Of a DNA stretch of 64,000 bases, positions 49,121 through 62,926 are shown in pieces. The stretch comes from Patellaria atrata CBS 101060. Taxonomy: Eukaryota. The translations under genes and the position numbers were made by a program. The stretch spans positions 294,031-358,030 of the forward strand of contig MU006107.1 of NCBI GenBank assembly GCA_010093705.1. Direction: 5' to 3'. How positions within the stretch are numbered: position 1 is the stretch's first letter; each line of letters opens with the position of its first letter. The notes below the pieces were generated by a model. That model did not search any database. It was not told the DNA's origin and saw only the letters and a program-made list of their open reading frames with translations.

Positions 49121-52015
49121 GATGTAGAGAAGGTGGGAAAGGTGACCTTCTTTACACGGAGCCAGATGGTCAGTGCAAGAATATTTCCCAGGGGAAAATC
49201 TGGAGAGGATGATAGCTCTGACAGGAACAGCTCGGATTGATACACGCTCTGCTTGAAGGTTTTGAAGGGCTTGTAACAGATAAGAAAGTTTCTCCTCATG
49301 TTGGAGACACGATTATGAGATGTCTATACGCTCAGGATGAGCATGCATGTTGGCATAAGCCATGAAGTGCCCTCTGCGGAATGCCACCCACCTACCTTCC
49401 AGACGTAGTTCAGCGCCATGCATGGAAAGGCAGTGCTGCAAGAATAGGCCGATACGACGCTTTCGATACCTGGGGAGATATCAAAAGTAGGTGGGCGTGG
49501 CTCAGAGCGTTCGGCGACAATTAACCAAAACAGGAACGGCCTCAACCGAGGCCATGTTGGGGTCTCTCGTAATGGTCCGAAGTGTGATATGTTCGTTTCT
49601 AGACCAGTCAGAGCCCGGAACAGTCTCAATATCGCATTCCAATATTAACCGATACCGATTTCTAGCTATTGTGATGCGGGAGATTTTGTTGATGGTTTGA
49701 CGTTGACGTTGAAGTTGATTTTGATACCAGAGCCGTCTACAATCACTACTAAAAGTGATCGTCACCAGGATCCTAAGCAGTAGAAACAACACCATTCCAA
49801 CCAATCAGGAACATTATTTTTTGGGGTTACATAAATAACTGTGTACTGCCCGTAGCCTTGTGACTTTTGAAAAATTTCTTAGGAACATAAATGTCCCGGG
49901 GCATGGTGAGCATTTTGCTTACTTGTAGGCTACTAAGCTACATAACGATCACACCTAACATGCAGTTTTGCTGGAATATACGTACCTTCAGCTATCATCC
50001 GCCTCATAAGGTCGTACAAAAGTCTCCTGCGACTTTTCGTCTCACAATTTCAACCGGCACGAGCGACTAATCGATCGAACAAACTCCCGCATGTCTGCTC
50101 GAGATACCACAACTGCTATTGGCCCGTTCAACAAGAGTAAGCATCCTCAGAAATCTTTATCTTAAGCAAAATGAAGCCCCAACAGAGGGAATCGAATTTC
50201 GGTTGGTGAGTAACAGATCTGTGATTATACACCCTCCACAAGTCGGACAGAGGGCGGAGGCTCCAGCGACAAGGGCTGAGTTGACTGGGAGACTATAGAC
50301 GCGCCATCCAAATAATCGACTCTTGATGCGCACGTCGAATTGTCGTACCCAAGATGCCCACCGTTGTCCAGGGCGGTATTACTTTCATGGCACAAAATAA
50401 AAGCCACACGAACTTGACTTCCGGTATGACAGTACCTCACGCCTCTGTCACCCCAAGTCTTTTGATGCCGTTTGAATAACGTATCACTCGGTAGGGGCGA
50501 CAACTTGGTTGCTCAATCTTGAAGCTCAGCAACTGTTCCAATATAGGGCTGAGAGTACCACTATCTGACCTTGTGGACGTAAAATTTTAGGAGTCGTTGA
50601 CCATCGCCACGCCGAAGAACATCTAATGGTGGAGTGCGATTGAGACTAAAAAGTTCATTGATTGTAGCTCTGAGGTCGTTTTGCCGGTTAAACTTCTGAC
50701 AAAAGATCGGATAAGTTATTTCGTTGGCTGAATGGGGGCGATATGAATGGATAGATTCGAAAGTAACCCTCTAAGCAGATTTGCACTCCCGTATCCACTT
50801 ACGTCGCCACTCAGACATGTAGGGCTGGTATGTTCAGGTGGGAATAACTTTCTATTGACTCGAGGCAATATCTGGCGAGGTTACCGTAGTAGCATCAATA
50901 CTATGCTTCAAGTGTCTTTGAAAATATCGAAGAGTGAATGTACGAATGGGCGTGAGGTTAAGTGTCAACCTATGCACAAGAAGCAAGTCTCAAGCTTGCG
51001 TGATCGACATGGCGATAATATCAAGCGCCAGCATACAGCACCCTCGCTTGTTACTGTACAATCGTGCGAATGATAGCTGCGGATAAGCGTTCTGAAACAC
51101 GATAATTTAATTGATATGAGAGACGACGAGTACAAGTTACTCTAACTGCATATAACTGGATAGGGAACGACTTACGAATTTTATTCCTATCAAGATTCTC
51201 ACATGGATATAATGGGAACGTTGGATAACATCTGTTAGGTAAATATCCTACTGGGTGAGTAGCTTCGATAGACGCGGACATCCCCGATTGCCCCTAACAG
51301 TCCCGACTTCATAGATACCGATGTATGACGAACGAACTAGACTTTTCCGCCGTATGACTTATTTAACGTAGTGCACGTTGATACGCTTGATATTTCTTAC
51401 GGTGGCTGCAAGGCTGATTTCAATGCCATTATTATCTAAGCGCATATTAGTATACTCTTGTTGATGTGATTGAACTCAACAACTTACCTATCGGATTTTA
51501 ATGGAGCGTACGACGCTTCATTGTACGTAAGACTGGAGGGAGATTTGATTGCGCATCCTAAGGTTGTTGATCATACTCATCGCGTCAATGTCGGACGATT
51601 CCGCTATAGGATAATGGTCAAAGTGGTGTGCGAAGTCTTAAGCTCCCTTCGTTCTCTTGTAAAATAAAGGAAAGCTAGATTCACCGAAAAAACCGCTGTG
51701 AAGCTAAACCAAGTCTTTTACATTATAGTACACTCCTAGAATAGATTTACATTAGCTTTCTGGGATATTTCAATGGCAAGTGTACGCAAAGGAAGATATG
51801 AGAGTGCTTAAAGTGAAGTCAGCTCACCTGACCACAATATCTTAGAATCCAACCGTAGTAACGTGATACCACAGTTGAACTACCATCTTGCCCATGATCT
51901 AAAATCAAAAGTTGAACGCCACTCATGATCATCCCTTCCGGTATATACACATATTTGATGCCCATTTGCATCTCAATGCAACTAGATCTGACATTCTTTC
52001 CCCGTCTCTTCTTCC

Positions 52016-52741
52016 CTACGGCACAACCGTAACCCCCAGACTGCCCGCTTGCGCCACCACACTCTTCACCAATCCCTCCAACCCCACACCCGCTAACCTA
52101 TCCTCGCTCCCCTTAATTTTCGCAATCTCCCAAACATGCTTCAAACTAACAGTTCCCACAGTCCCTAATCCCGCATTTCCCTTCGCATCTGTCCCTGTAT
52201 ATCCTTTACCCGTCGCATCCGGTTTATTGTTCGCGTGCGGGCCGGGAACGTTCCCAGCGCCTTTAAGCTTCATTTTCTTCTCCTTGACACCGGCGGCGAG
52301 AAGGATGAGATGGGAGGTCGGGGGTGTGCGGACGGAGAAGGTGAAGGAGCGGTCGGGCCGGATGGTTATGAGACATGGAATTGGAGTGCCGGGGATGTAG
52401 TTTGCGGTGCGGGCGTTGAATTCCTGTATATGAGCAATTTAACGTTAGAAATAATTCGATATACAGAAGAGCGAGTGGTTCGTGAGCGATACAAGCTCGA
52501 GATGGGCTTAATATTAGGGGGAACTATAGTTCAAACGCAAATGAAATCGGGTGAATCCATTGCCCATCATCCCGGTTTGCTTTTTTTTTTTTTTTTACAG
52601 TTATTGACTTACCTTACAAAAATCCATGCTCTTCACACCTTTACTACCCAGCGCAGGTCCCACGGGCGGCGAGGGGGAGGCCTGGCCAGCACCGACGATG
52701 AGCTTGACGATCACGTCGCGCGCAAGTGCTTTCTTAGACAT
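52016..52741 (-). CDS. MRPL19: Mitochondrial ribosomal protein uL11m
   Basis: Exons 52741-52613 and 52423-52016; [38 protein letters not shown]...[15 protein letters not shown]...[10 protein letters not shown]. Confidence 0.94.
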
Positions 52742-53171
52742 TGAGAGGAAGAGAACGAAATATGTTCTTGATGGGATGGAATTGAAGTTTGAAGTCAGGT
52801 GGACTCTTTTCGTGATAGGTTGATGCGGCTCTTTCGGGGGAGAGGCTTGGCAAAAGGAGCCGCAATATAAAAAGGTTGACAACTTACCATACCTAGGAGA
52901 AAAAAAGGAATCACTAACGAACTTTTTCAGGTGCTTCACTTGTAGTTGATCCGGACTTGAACTTGAACACTTAGGACTGCATGACCTACTGACCTCGATA
53001 ATGCGATTTGAACTAAACTAGAACCATGGTTCCTTATATTCTAATGCTATGCTTCATGACAGATGAATGTTGATACTTTTTACTTTCTCTTCCATGGCTT
53101 TCACACACTTTCCTTCCCACGACTTTGACATTCTCAACTAGAATTTCGAGACTCTAGCTAGTATAAAAAAC

Positions 53172-53726
53172 ATGATCCCCCCACCTTCCGAAATGACCAG
53201 AGAGGAATACACACCCGTGAACGACATACCTGCCCCGGCCTACTTAGGAGAGATTCTCGTATCATCAACACACTTTCTTATCGAAGCGCCCATAAACTAC
53301 GTCGTAGTCTACGAAGCGATCCTCAGAATCCCCCTGAAAGTCCAAATCGTCCACCCCATCCGTCGATACCGCTACGGACCTCGCGTTCGCTTCCGATAAG
53401 AGCGCTGGCAAGATCGCGACGACAAGCTCTGGCAAGACGGGCCCGTCAAGTTCGTTATCTTGGACAGCCTCTCATTCCGCACGGTAGAGCGCTGGTTCGA
53501 AGCGCGTGGCTAGACCCCTTTCTGTCTCACGCACGCTCACATTCCCTGGCGACGGTGGGATCGAGATCACGAGGAATGGGAGGTGTACCTCAAAGCTCCG
53601 TGGGCTATGTTTGGCTCGGATGAAAACTTGCGCAAAAGCATGCTGAAGGTCCTGGAGGAGCTTGGCTTGGTGGAGTGCGGGTTCAAGAGAAGCTGTTGCC
53701 CTCGGGTACATAAGCGCTACCGTTGA
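53172..53726 (+). pseudogene. Candidate disabled orphan gene (184 codons, two internal stops)
   Basis: One frame from ATG 53172 to TGA 53726, interrupted only by TAA (53397-99) and TAG (53511-13); coding-like C/G-ending codons; family not recognised. Confidence 0.35.
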
Positions 53727-54753
53727 CAGCCCACCAACTCGGGAATGGCCAGCATGCGCAGAGTGTATGGTTTGGTGTAGGCTGAATCGTGGATGTGGAT
53801 GGTTTGGCCAGGGGTAAATCCACGGTGGAATCAGAAGTGCTCTGTTAAGTGAATTTGGCGATCGTGCTAGAATATAGGTGCCGTTTTGTAATATTGGAGT
53901 ACCGACCTTAGGGAAATAGTGAAATAATAACTCGTACCAGCCTCAACATTCCTACAAACAAGCCCCTTTAAGGTATGACCCTGTTGTTTCCGATGTACAA
54001 CCTAAGCCGTCTATGTCCCAGGCCAGGTTCCGAGGTCTTTCTGCACTGGCAATGTACATGCCCGAGATACATATTAGCAGGACGTTTGCAAATTAGTTGG
54101 AACACAACTGGACGACAAGGTGAACATATACTCCATTGATCGGAGGTAGTCCATTTTATGTGAAAGAGGCAAAAACGGGGAAAAGGGGTAAGGTTGGAGA
54201 ATTCCGGTGGGATTGAGAACGGGGAATGATCCTGTATAGGTTCTACCGTATCGGCCGCACTGAGTAGTTTGCATGTTATTGACTCTGAGTATTATATGAA
54301 TGAAAGCGCAAGGAAAAGAATAAGTATGGAGACGTCCAGGGAGTGATAACGGGGAACAACCCCGTATAAGCTTGACGAACTCATATACGATGAGGAGATT
54401 GTATGTTTAGTCATATCGTACAAACTTGGTAAACTCGTATACAATGAAGAGGTTGCATGTTTATTGGTTGCGAGCACTATGTACACGAAGAGAATGAAAG
54501 CACAACTCAGTGCAAAAGATGACAAAAAACCACACTCCTCTTTGAATTCGCCACCACTACCATACCTTTGCATTAACCGTTCTTTCAGCATTGCATAACA
54601 TGAAGAAGCAACGCCATCAATCGTACATGTCCGTTGCATAGGGAATAGAAAACAAGACAATTTCCACCCATAACCGAATCCACTTTGAAAGCGAAAAGTC
54701 GGAAGTTGCCCCCCAAAAGACCCTAGTATGTAAATTCACCGAGAATCGAGGAA

Positions 54754-57151
54754 TTAAGAAAACCCATAAATTCCACCTTGCTGAGCGAACTTCATCTGAT
54801 ACTCCCTCAAGTCCGCCCAATGCCTGAAATCAGCTTCTTCATCTTCTGGTTGACCACCATGCTCATTACCGTTAACAGGGGTAGTCCGTTCAAGCTTAAC
54901 CAAGATATCCAGGAACTTCATTAACGCACTTTCTGCTTGAATGGTGAAGATGTTCTTGCGGGACTTAGGCACCTCGAGCAGTGCCGATGCCACGGAGCGA
55001 ATTTTTGACGGCTGATGTTGGAAATAACGTGAGTCTAAACCTCGATAGACGTCAACGGGCATCAAACTCACAAGACTATCACCATTAGGCTCAATGTGAA
55101 CCTGGTTGATGCTCCCTAGAACTTGTAAGAGATCTTTGACAATACCGTCAAGCTCTTTTGCCATATCTTGCTCTGTCATGTCGGAAATCTCATTGAATTG
55201 TTGGCCTACTAGTTTCTCGACCCCTGCAGCTACCGGAAGTGGGGATGGTGGTCTCTGCTCACCGCGGGCCTCTGCGGCTCGATTCGCCTCAGACAGATTG
55301 AAGAATTTCTGGACCAGGTACCAACGCGTGCATAGCTGGCTAACGTGAATGTTCGCTTTTTGAACCTCGTACTGGACCCGGCGTTTCTCTAGTGGATTGT
55401 TTTCCAATTCGAAAGTGTCTATCAGACCTGTGTTGGGACCCATATGTTCTGTCATGTTTGGATAATAAGATGGTCCCGAATGGCCGTGCTGGTTTGTCGG
55501 GTCGGCATTAAGCATTTCTAGTTCTCGCGGAATGCCATCCAGGGCGTGTTTAGAGTTCTCAAGAGCGTTGTATAAGATCTTACGCTGTTGCTCCCAAGCA
55601 AAGATTTGAGACACACCATAGGCGACCTCGACAGTGGACAATGGACTGTATGACAAGTAAACGCGCACGTTTGCGTTGAAACCTACTAATTGAGAGATCA
55701 CACCTTCAGGTTGCTCGTCAACATGGCCAGGATGGATATATTCATCGTCTACCTCAATTGGTAACGGCGGGTATGGTTCGGTGGGTGTGTGTGGTGGGAT
55801 AACAATCTCTCCAATCGTTGCCCCAAGCTGCTGCATAGTTCTGGTTTCCGATTAATACCAGTCTAAAGTATATGGTATGAATACTTACTTCATTCCCACA
55901 AAGATCGTCCAGAACAATCGTCTGCTAATCTCGCGAGTGATGACATCTTGAGAGGGTTCTCCAAATCCTTCGGGATTCGAGGCTTGACTTCCATACTGAC
56001 CAATTTGGGTAAACGTACGATTGCGATCAATATGCAAACCCAGGCTTCGCAGGATGGTGAGAGCTTCCCCGAAGTAAAGTCGACAAGACCTATACTGGAA
56101 GGAATATGCGCCACTCAAGCCTAAGAAATAGCTCGTCGCGGCATCATAGACGGTAAGGTCAGGTCTGTCCAAGTATGAAGCACCTCTAGCCAGAGAGCAA
56201 ATAGTCTTACAACGGTTGACGAGGGCCATGTGATTCGGGAAATGGTGGTCTTGTTGCAAAGCTTTCAGGTGTTGACGTGGTTTACGAGGGAATGAGACTA
56301 CTAACACAGCGATCATTGACGCAAGAAGGGCGAGAAACGGCTTGTTATCGTAATCCAGCCGCATATTGAAGTTGGACCTGAAAGTTTGTTCGTGTGGAAA
56401 GGGGCACAACGGATGAATATAGGTGAAAAAGTCATTGATCAAATACTCCATGAGTTCTCGAGAACAGATTGACTCGGCCGTCAATGGTGGTTCTTGTTGA
56501 TGCGCGTATAGAGATGTCGAAAGGGAAGTCAGAGCCCTCGCAGCATCCGAAGGCGACGCCGGTGAAGACTGACCAGCCGATACGCCATCACCATCGAGTT
56601 TGCGTTTTTTGATTGCTTCCGCATGCCGATTTGGGGGACCTCGCCTACGACTAGGACGATCGAACGTGCAAGGTATATCTAAAGAGGCGCAGGCGCGACA
56701 CGGTGGTCCAGACTCATCGCACTGTCGAGGATTCTGTTAGTTCTATGAAGCAACATGACGAAAATTTAAAATGTTTGAATATGAAGCTGCATTGAGCTGG
56801 ACGTATCTGAGCTCGCGAATATATGCTCACCTTGACCTTCCTAATACTACAGGAATCACAAGCTTTCCTCAACCTATTACCCTTATGGGGTTGTACGGGA
56901 GGCGCACCATCTTGTACCATCGGCGGGGCAACGCGTGGCTCGCCATGGTTCGCGTGGTTATTCTGAGTTGGATCAACTAGAGCGGGATCCTGCTTAGGAT
57001 AGATGGGTTGCTGCGATGGCAGGTGAGGCGTGTAATTTTGGAGCTGCTCTTGCTGACCGGTGTCAAGAAGCGGAGGGGGCGGTGGTGCCTGGTAGATGTT
57101 CGGGTTGTAATGAGGTTGGTCGGGTGGTGGAGGTGGAGGATACTGGGACAT
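54754..57151 (-). CDS. Zn(II)2Cys6 transcription factor with a fungal-specific TF middle domain
   Basis: ACDSCSIRKVK|CDESGPPCRACASLDIPC across intron 56830-56722; middle region FFTYIHPLCPFPHE...RRLFWT...LPIEVDDE; further introns near 55.84-55.89 kb and at 55071-55012. Confidence 0.9.
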
Positions 57152-58251
57152 CTGGTCGTCTATCCAGAAGGTATGCTGCGAGGAGGTTAAGCTTCGGGAA
57201 TTCATGGTTAGCAGCCGATTCCCCGTTGCAATGGAAGGACTTCGGACAATGTGCGGAAGAAGAGATGGAGATGTAGATGGTCAAATAAAAAGTCTGAAGT
57301 AGTAGACACTCGCAAAAACATTTACACGTGGTGGATGACTGTCGTGACAAAATTGGACGTGTGCGTGAATGATGCATGTGAGCAAATTCGTACCTACCTT
57401 TCTTTCTTCACAGAGAGTGCGATTCGTCAAACGGATCAAATGTCAGTTAACGGGAAATTCACAGCAATGGCTCAATGCGCCTCATATTCGACGGAAAGAT
57501 GCGCCGATGGGGATGGATGGGAATGCGGTGATAAATGAATGTTTTGGTTCGTGAGGTGAAATGCTTCAACGAGCCCCAAGTCCCAAGTCCCTCCACTCTC
57601 TTTCGAGATCAAACTTTTCCGCCTCCCTCGAGAACGTCACAAGGAGTCAAAAGATCTAACAAATCAGTCATCCCCAACATATCATTGAGACGAATAGATA
57701 TTACAAAATGTCTCTTGATCTAACGAGATTTCTATTACCAGTCTATTCTTTCAAGTCTTATTTACGGTACACTTGTGACCGTTTCTCCAAACGTTCTTTG
57801 GAAAGTGCCTTTATACTTCTACTGTATAGTAGAAACCCACACAATTCAGTCTCACATGCATCTAATCCTCAAACTGCTAATGACCGCGTATTCCCGAAAC
57901 AAGTGTACCAACGAACGCTAATGACGATCACTGCAGGAAGATTCTTCGAAGGAAATATCTAGTAGGTGAAGGCTATACGTCGGTCTATTCGTCTATTCGT
58001 CATTCTGTGAGCGACCAACCTGAACAGGACCACCATCTTCAAGTAAGTTGAGAATTCGAACTTCACTTCCGCAAATGATTCATTTTGCAATCGCATATGT
58101 ACTGTATGTACGCCCATATGCACAGCAGCCATCCGAACGCCTCCGTCTTTTCCACGAGACAAATGCCAAGCATCACTGAAAATTCCTACAGTGAAAATGG
58201 AAAACCCATACCTATGCTACAAATCTATTCGTTCTAGCTTGTTCTCGTCTC

Positions 58252-59706
58252 TCAAAGATACTTCTTCGGGCTACTCTCTCTTCGTCGGCGGTAGACGATA
58301 TAAGATCCCAGTAGCATGACCTGGAAGCCGATAACGATGAACACAAAGATGTGCATCTTTGGCGCTTTGGTCGTTACGACTAGAGAAAAATTTAGCATAA
58401 TGTTTGATATGTTTTAGTTACGCTGTTGGGCTCACTGTGATTCATCGTTTCAGGAATGCTCTCGGTAAGACGCGCATGACCCTCTCGAACTGCATTATGC
58501 AAATTGGCCAGATGTTCTCTATAATCTTTCCCTTCTATGTCCTTCTTGATGTTGTCAACTGTGTTTTGAAGAACCTGCAACCGGGATTCGGTGTGATCAG
58601 TATGCCGACCTGCAATGATATGAGTGATAATATCCTCGTGTGATGTCTCCAACGCTTTGTTGAGACTATCGATCTCCCGATAGAGGTGCTGAACATGACG
58701 ATCGATAATCTGTAAGCGATTATGAAGGTCTGCGAATTGATCTTGCTGCGACTTTATGGTTCCAGCCGCCACGTCTGGAAGTTCTCTTGGTATCGTATCG
58801 TGAGGACTGACTTGTTGTTGATGCTCGTCTTCAGGTGTCCGACGCTCAAATTTAGACGGTTGATCCGGAGCGTGGTGTTCAGCCTGACCTGCATTGTGGT
58901 GCTGTGGTTCTTCGCGGGTGTGAGATGCTGTCGTTGAGGCGACAAACCTGTGGATTTCGAATGAATCAGGATTCTCTGCTGAAGCTGCTGAGATTCCGAA
59001 GTAATAGCCAGTAGGAATTTTGATCTATGCTTGTGTGTTAAAGTTTGTAGTTAATGCCGAGATACATGTAACTTACCTTATCACTCTTGAAGCAGAGTTT
59101 GTCATCTATGGCAACCTGGAACATATTATTTGTTTGCTTGATCTGAAGTCTAGAGAAGCGGCCTAGGTTACGGTATGCATAATCACAGTTTCCAAAAGCC
59201 ATGTTGTCGACGTTATGATGGTCCCTGTATGACACGGTCCCGTCATTTAAGAATCCACGGATAGTCCCACCTCTCCAAGCGTATTGGTCTATCACAAGGG
59301 CAAGACCATCAAATTTCCCAATGGTGTATATGCTTTTCATACCAACAGAACTTTGTCTATCTGCATCGCTGACTAGCCACACCTGGAGGTTTCCACTTCC
59401 CCTTTCTGGGCCTGTGGCTCTAAACTCGAAAAGGACGTCCCACTCCTCATGATTAAGGGCAACATCTGTCCATAGGGCACCTCGTTTACCACCTACGACT
59501 GGAGGTGTAAGGACTACTCTGTCTGACATTATCTCGGGATGATGCCCCTCTCCTGCCAACGTCCAGCCGGGAATAGCTCTTCCATTGGGTGAGATTTGAT
59601 GCTTGTGGCCGAAACTTATGCTATCGATAACATATTGTGCATGAGCTGCAGAGACTGCAAATGAAGACCAAGCTAAAGCCCGCATTTTTCTTGAAGAGAT
59701 ATACAT
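58252..59706 (-). CDS. EMP47: L-type lectin cargo receptor (Emp46/47, ERGIC-53/VIP36 family)
   Basis: Three exons; signal peptide, lectin domain (DRVVLTPP...GALW...FDGLALVID...GFLNDG...CDYAYRN), coiled coil, single TM and cytosolic tail RRRRESSPKKYL*. Confidence 0.85.
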
Positions 59707-60567
59707 GGTGGTCGTGCGCGGATATGTACAGGGCAACGGGGATGTCGCGTGAGTTAAGAGCGTGGAATGGGTAACCTTGCGTCCAAGGATTGCCCAATTA
59801 CCTTAAGACCGTAGTATTTGCTAGTCTACAGAACTTTGTCAGTACTCGGTTGTTTGTGGAATATGGACGGTACTGACGGTGCGCGTTTTATCTATGCGGT
59901 TGGCGGAACTGTTTGACGATGGAGATGAAAGTCCAAGCTACAGCAACAATAAGAACGGTATTGCGCACTTCTCTCGCAACAGAAACGACTGAAGGGGAAA
60001 AGTGAAAAGTATGGCTTATAGGAAGGTTATCTGTAAAAGAAACAGTGTGCCTGACAGCAACGTCAGATATGTCCATATTTCCTCAGAAGGCCAGCTGTCT
60101 GTTTTTGAGCTTCTTTAAACGGCTTGATTGGATGAGGTCCGTGCTGCATGGGATAGTTCCATTACAATTTACATTTGAAGAATATTGCAGACCGGGCGCA
60201 TTCGTCTGTAGACACAACGGTTGAATCAAATCTATAGATGATCCTTCAGCTCAAGACAGAGATCTAGACGGAAATTCGACCGGAACGAATTAACAGCAGA
60301 ATCAGACGAGAAACGAAAAGTTGAGATGGGAATGGAGGATAGACCTGAGGTGGAAGTGAGAGCTCCTTAGCGTACTTTACTCCGATTGGTCATCTTTACG
60401 CTTCTCCCCATGTACGTTTTCGCGACGACTTCAACTTTGAGAAGGAACGACCTGTTGTTAGTCACTCCTTCCGCCATCATCATCAAATCGACCTTATCGC
60501 CCTCCTTATCCTCGGTGGGCATCCGTAGGCTCATAGCAGTCATTCCACCCGTTACATCCGCATAGCT

Positions 60568-61663
60568 ATGACGAACCCTCAGGAACAATTCCAGCGGATG
60601 ATGCAGCAAGTAAGGCAGGGAGGCCAAAGATTCGGAGGTCCTGGTGGAGTACCACCAAACCTGAAGGGAGCTTTGGGAGGTCTGGGAGCTCTAGTGGGAT
60701 TAGGAGGTATCGCAGTACTAGCTAGCAATTCTCTGTTCAACGGTATGGTATCCCGCGGATGGCAAATGGTCAAAGTTAAAATATTGTAATCTAATTTTAT
60801 CCCAGTGGACGGTGGTCACAGAGCGATTAAATACACGAGGTTAGGTGGTGTATCAAAGGAGATATATGCTGAAGGTATGTAGATATAGGACTTGAGTTCG
60901 ATGAAAATACTAAGCTCTATGCTAGGTACTCATATCCGGATTCCCTGGTTTGAGACACCCATAACCTACGATGTTCGCGCGAAACCACGCAATGTTGCGT
61001 CCCTCACCGGTACCAAAGATCTTCAGATGGTAAACATCACCTGCCGTGTGCTATCGAGACCACGGGTAGATGCACTGCCTCAGATATATCGCACACTTGG
61101 CACCGACTACGACGAGCGTGTCCTTCCTTCCATCGTCAACGAGGTTCTCAAAAGCGTCGTCGCACAATTCAATGCCAGTCAGCTCATCACCCAGCGTGAG
61201 AATGTGAGTAGGTTAGTACGAGACAATCTCGTCAGAAGAGCCGCCAGGTTCAACATCATGCTGGACGACGTATCGCTCACTGTAAGACATTCTACAACAT
61301 CACCAATCCATAATCCTTGACTAACATCTCCAGCACCTCGCCTTCTCCCCCGAATTCACCGCAGCAGTCGAAGCCAAACAAGTCGCCCAACAAGAAGCCC
61401 AACGCGCCGCCTTCGTGGTCGACAAAGCCCGTCAAGAGAAGCAAGCCACGGTCGTCCGCGCGCAGGGTGAGGCCCGCTCCGCAGAACTCATCGGTGACGC
61501 CATCAAGAAGAGCAGGAGTTACGTCGACTTACGACAGTTCGAGAACGCAAAGAACGTGGCCAGTATCCTGGAGAAGAGCAGGAACAAGGTCTATCTCGAT
61601 GCGAACGGTCTGGGCTTGGATATCACCGAGTCCGCAAGCGATAAGGCGGACAGGAGGAAGTAA
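60568..61663 (+). CDS. PHB2: Prohibitin-2
   Basis: Four exons; [76 protein letters not shown]. Confidence 0.95.
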
Positions 61664-62027
61664 AAGACTGGAAAGGGGAGGATTGGGCTGGGAAAAAGGC
61701 CATTCCGCTCATGTGTATAATCTAACAATATGTTTACTAAGTACCTTACTTCTCTATAACTCTCCTGATCTGTACGGTGCCGGTCTCACATGGTCCAAAA
61801 CATTATTCGGACTCTTACCGTTGATATCAACCTATGACCTACGAGGATGTAGTACCATCACATCCCTCATTCCCCCTTAAATTGCAAGAGAACATCTTCC
61901 AAATAACTGTACAGGCCAAATTCACAAGTCTCCCGTTCCCCTTACCAACCGCATAAGGTATCCGGAGCCCGTACAATTGCACCCGAACCATGGAACTCCC
62001 GACAGACCGGTCCTTTGTCTCTCGAGC

Positions 62028-62275
62028 TGTACCGGACGAGTGCTGTATAAATGCTGTACGAATGCTTTACCATGCTGTACTGTATTCTACGCTCCACTTT
62101 CCTGTACTATCCTGTACAAATTCTGTACTATGCTATACTGTGCTGTACTGTTTGTACTCTACACTCCACTGTACTGTACACTCACTCACTCACTCACTCA
62201 CTCACTCACTCACTCACTCACATATCCGACACCTCATTTCCCCAAGGATACAGTACACTACACTACAGTACAGGA
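62028..62275. repeat. TGTAC/TACTG low-complexity tract with an embedded (CACT)n microsatellite
   Basis: Many ctgtac/tactg units, plus about 10-11 perfect CACT copies at 62179-62221, between convergent PHB2 and GH128. Confidence 0.85.
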
Positions 62276-62926
62276 TAACCTAACCTAAATCGTACGGCAA
62301 GCTGAGGTTACCTTGATACTCTGTAATACCGTAAGCGGAACCTACTTTGAGTCTGATCGACCTTAAAAAGTACTCTGGTGATTGTTGCGGTACTGGAAGG
62401 GAAGGTGCGGCAGAGGGGTAAGGCAGGTACTATACCTTGGAGAGGGCGAGGTTCGTGTCGACGATGGAATAGGAAGGACGATGGACCTCCGTACTGTGTA
62501 TACCCACCCTCAGGCCGATTAATTAAGGCAAGGTAAGGTAGTGAAGCGTGAATTCGAAAACGAGAGATAAGGTATGTGAATATTTCCCCTCCACTCACGT
62601 AACAACTGCCTTGATAGAGGCCCACCTCAGTTAGTAATACCAGCAAAAATCAAAGCACAAAAAGTAACACATTTCATGAATTCATAACGCTCGATTTGGT
62701 ATATATGCAACAGATACACTTTTTGTGAACCCCATCTATATACCTAAAATCCCCACCATCCCTACAAAGAGCCAAACCCTTCAAAAGAAGGCGGCGAGAA
62801 GAAGAAGTTGCTAAGATAAAACAAGTATCGCACAAGAATAGAACGGTGAAGAATGACACGCTCTCATCCTCCCATATAGTCAACATAATACCCTACATTG
62901 CCCCTATATTGAAGTGCATGGCTAGT

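Noticed and set aside
61977..62288. Three overlapping Cys/His/Thr-rich ORFs
   Set aside because: Translation artefacts of the TGTAC and CACT repeats.
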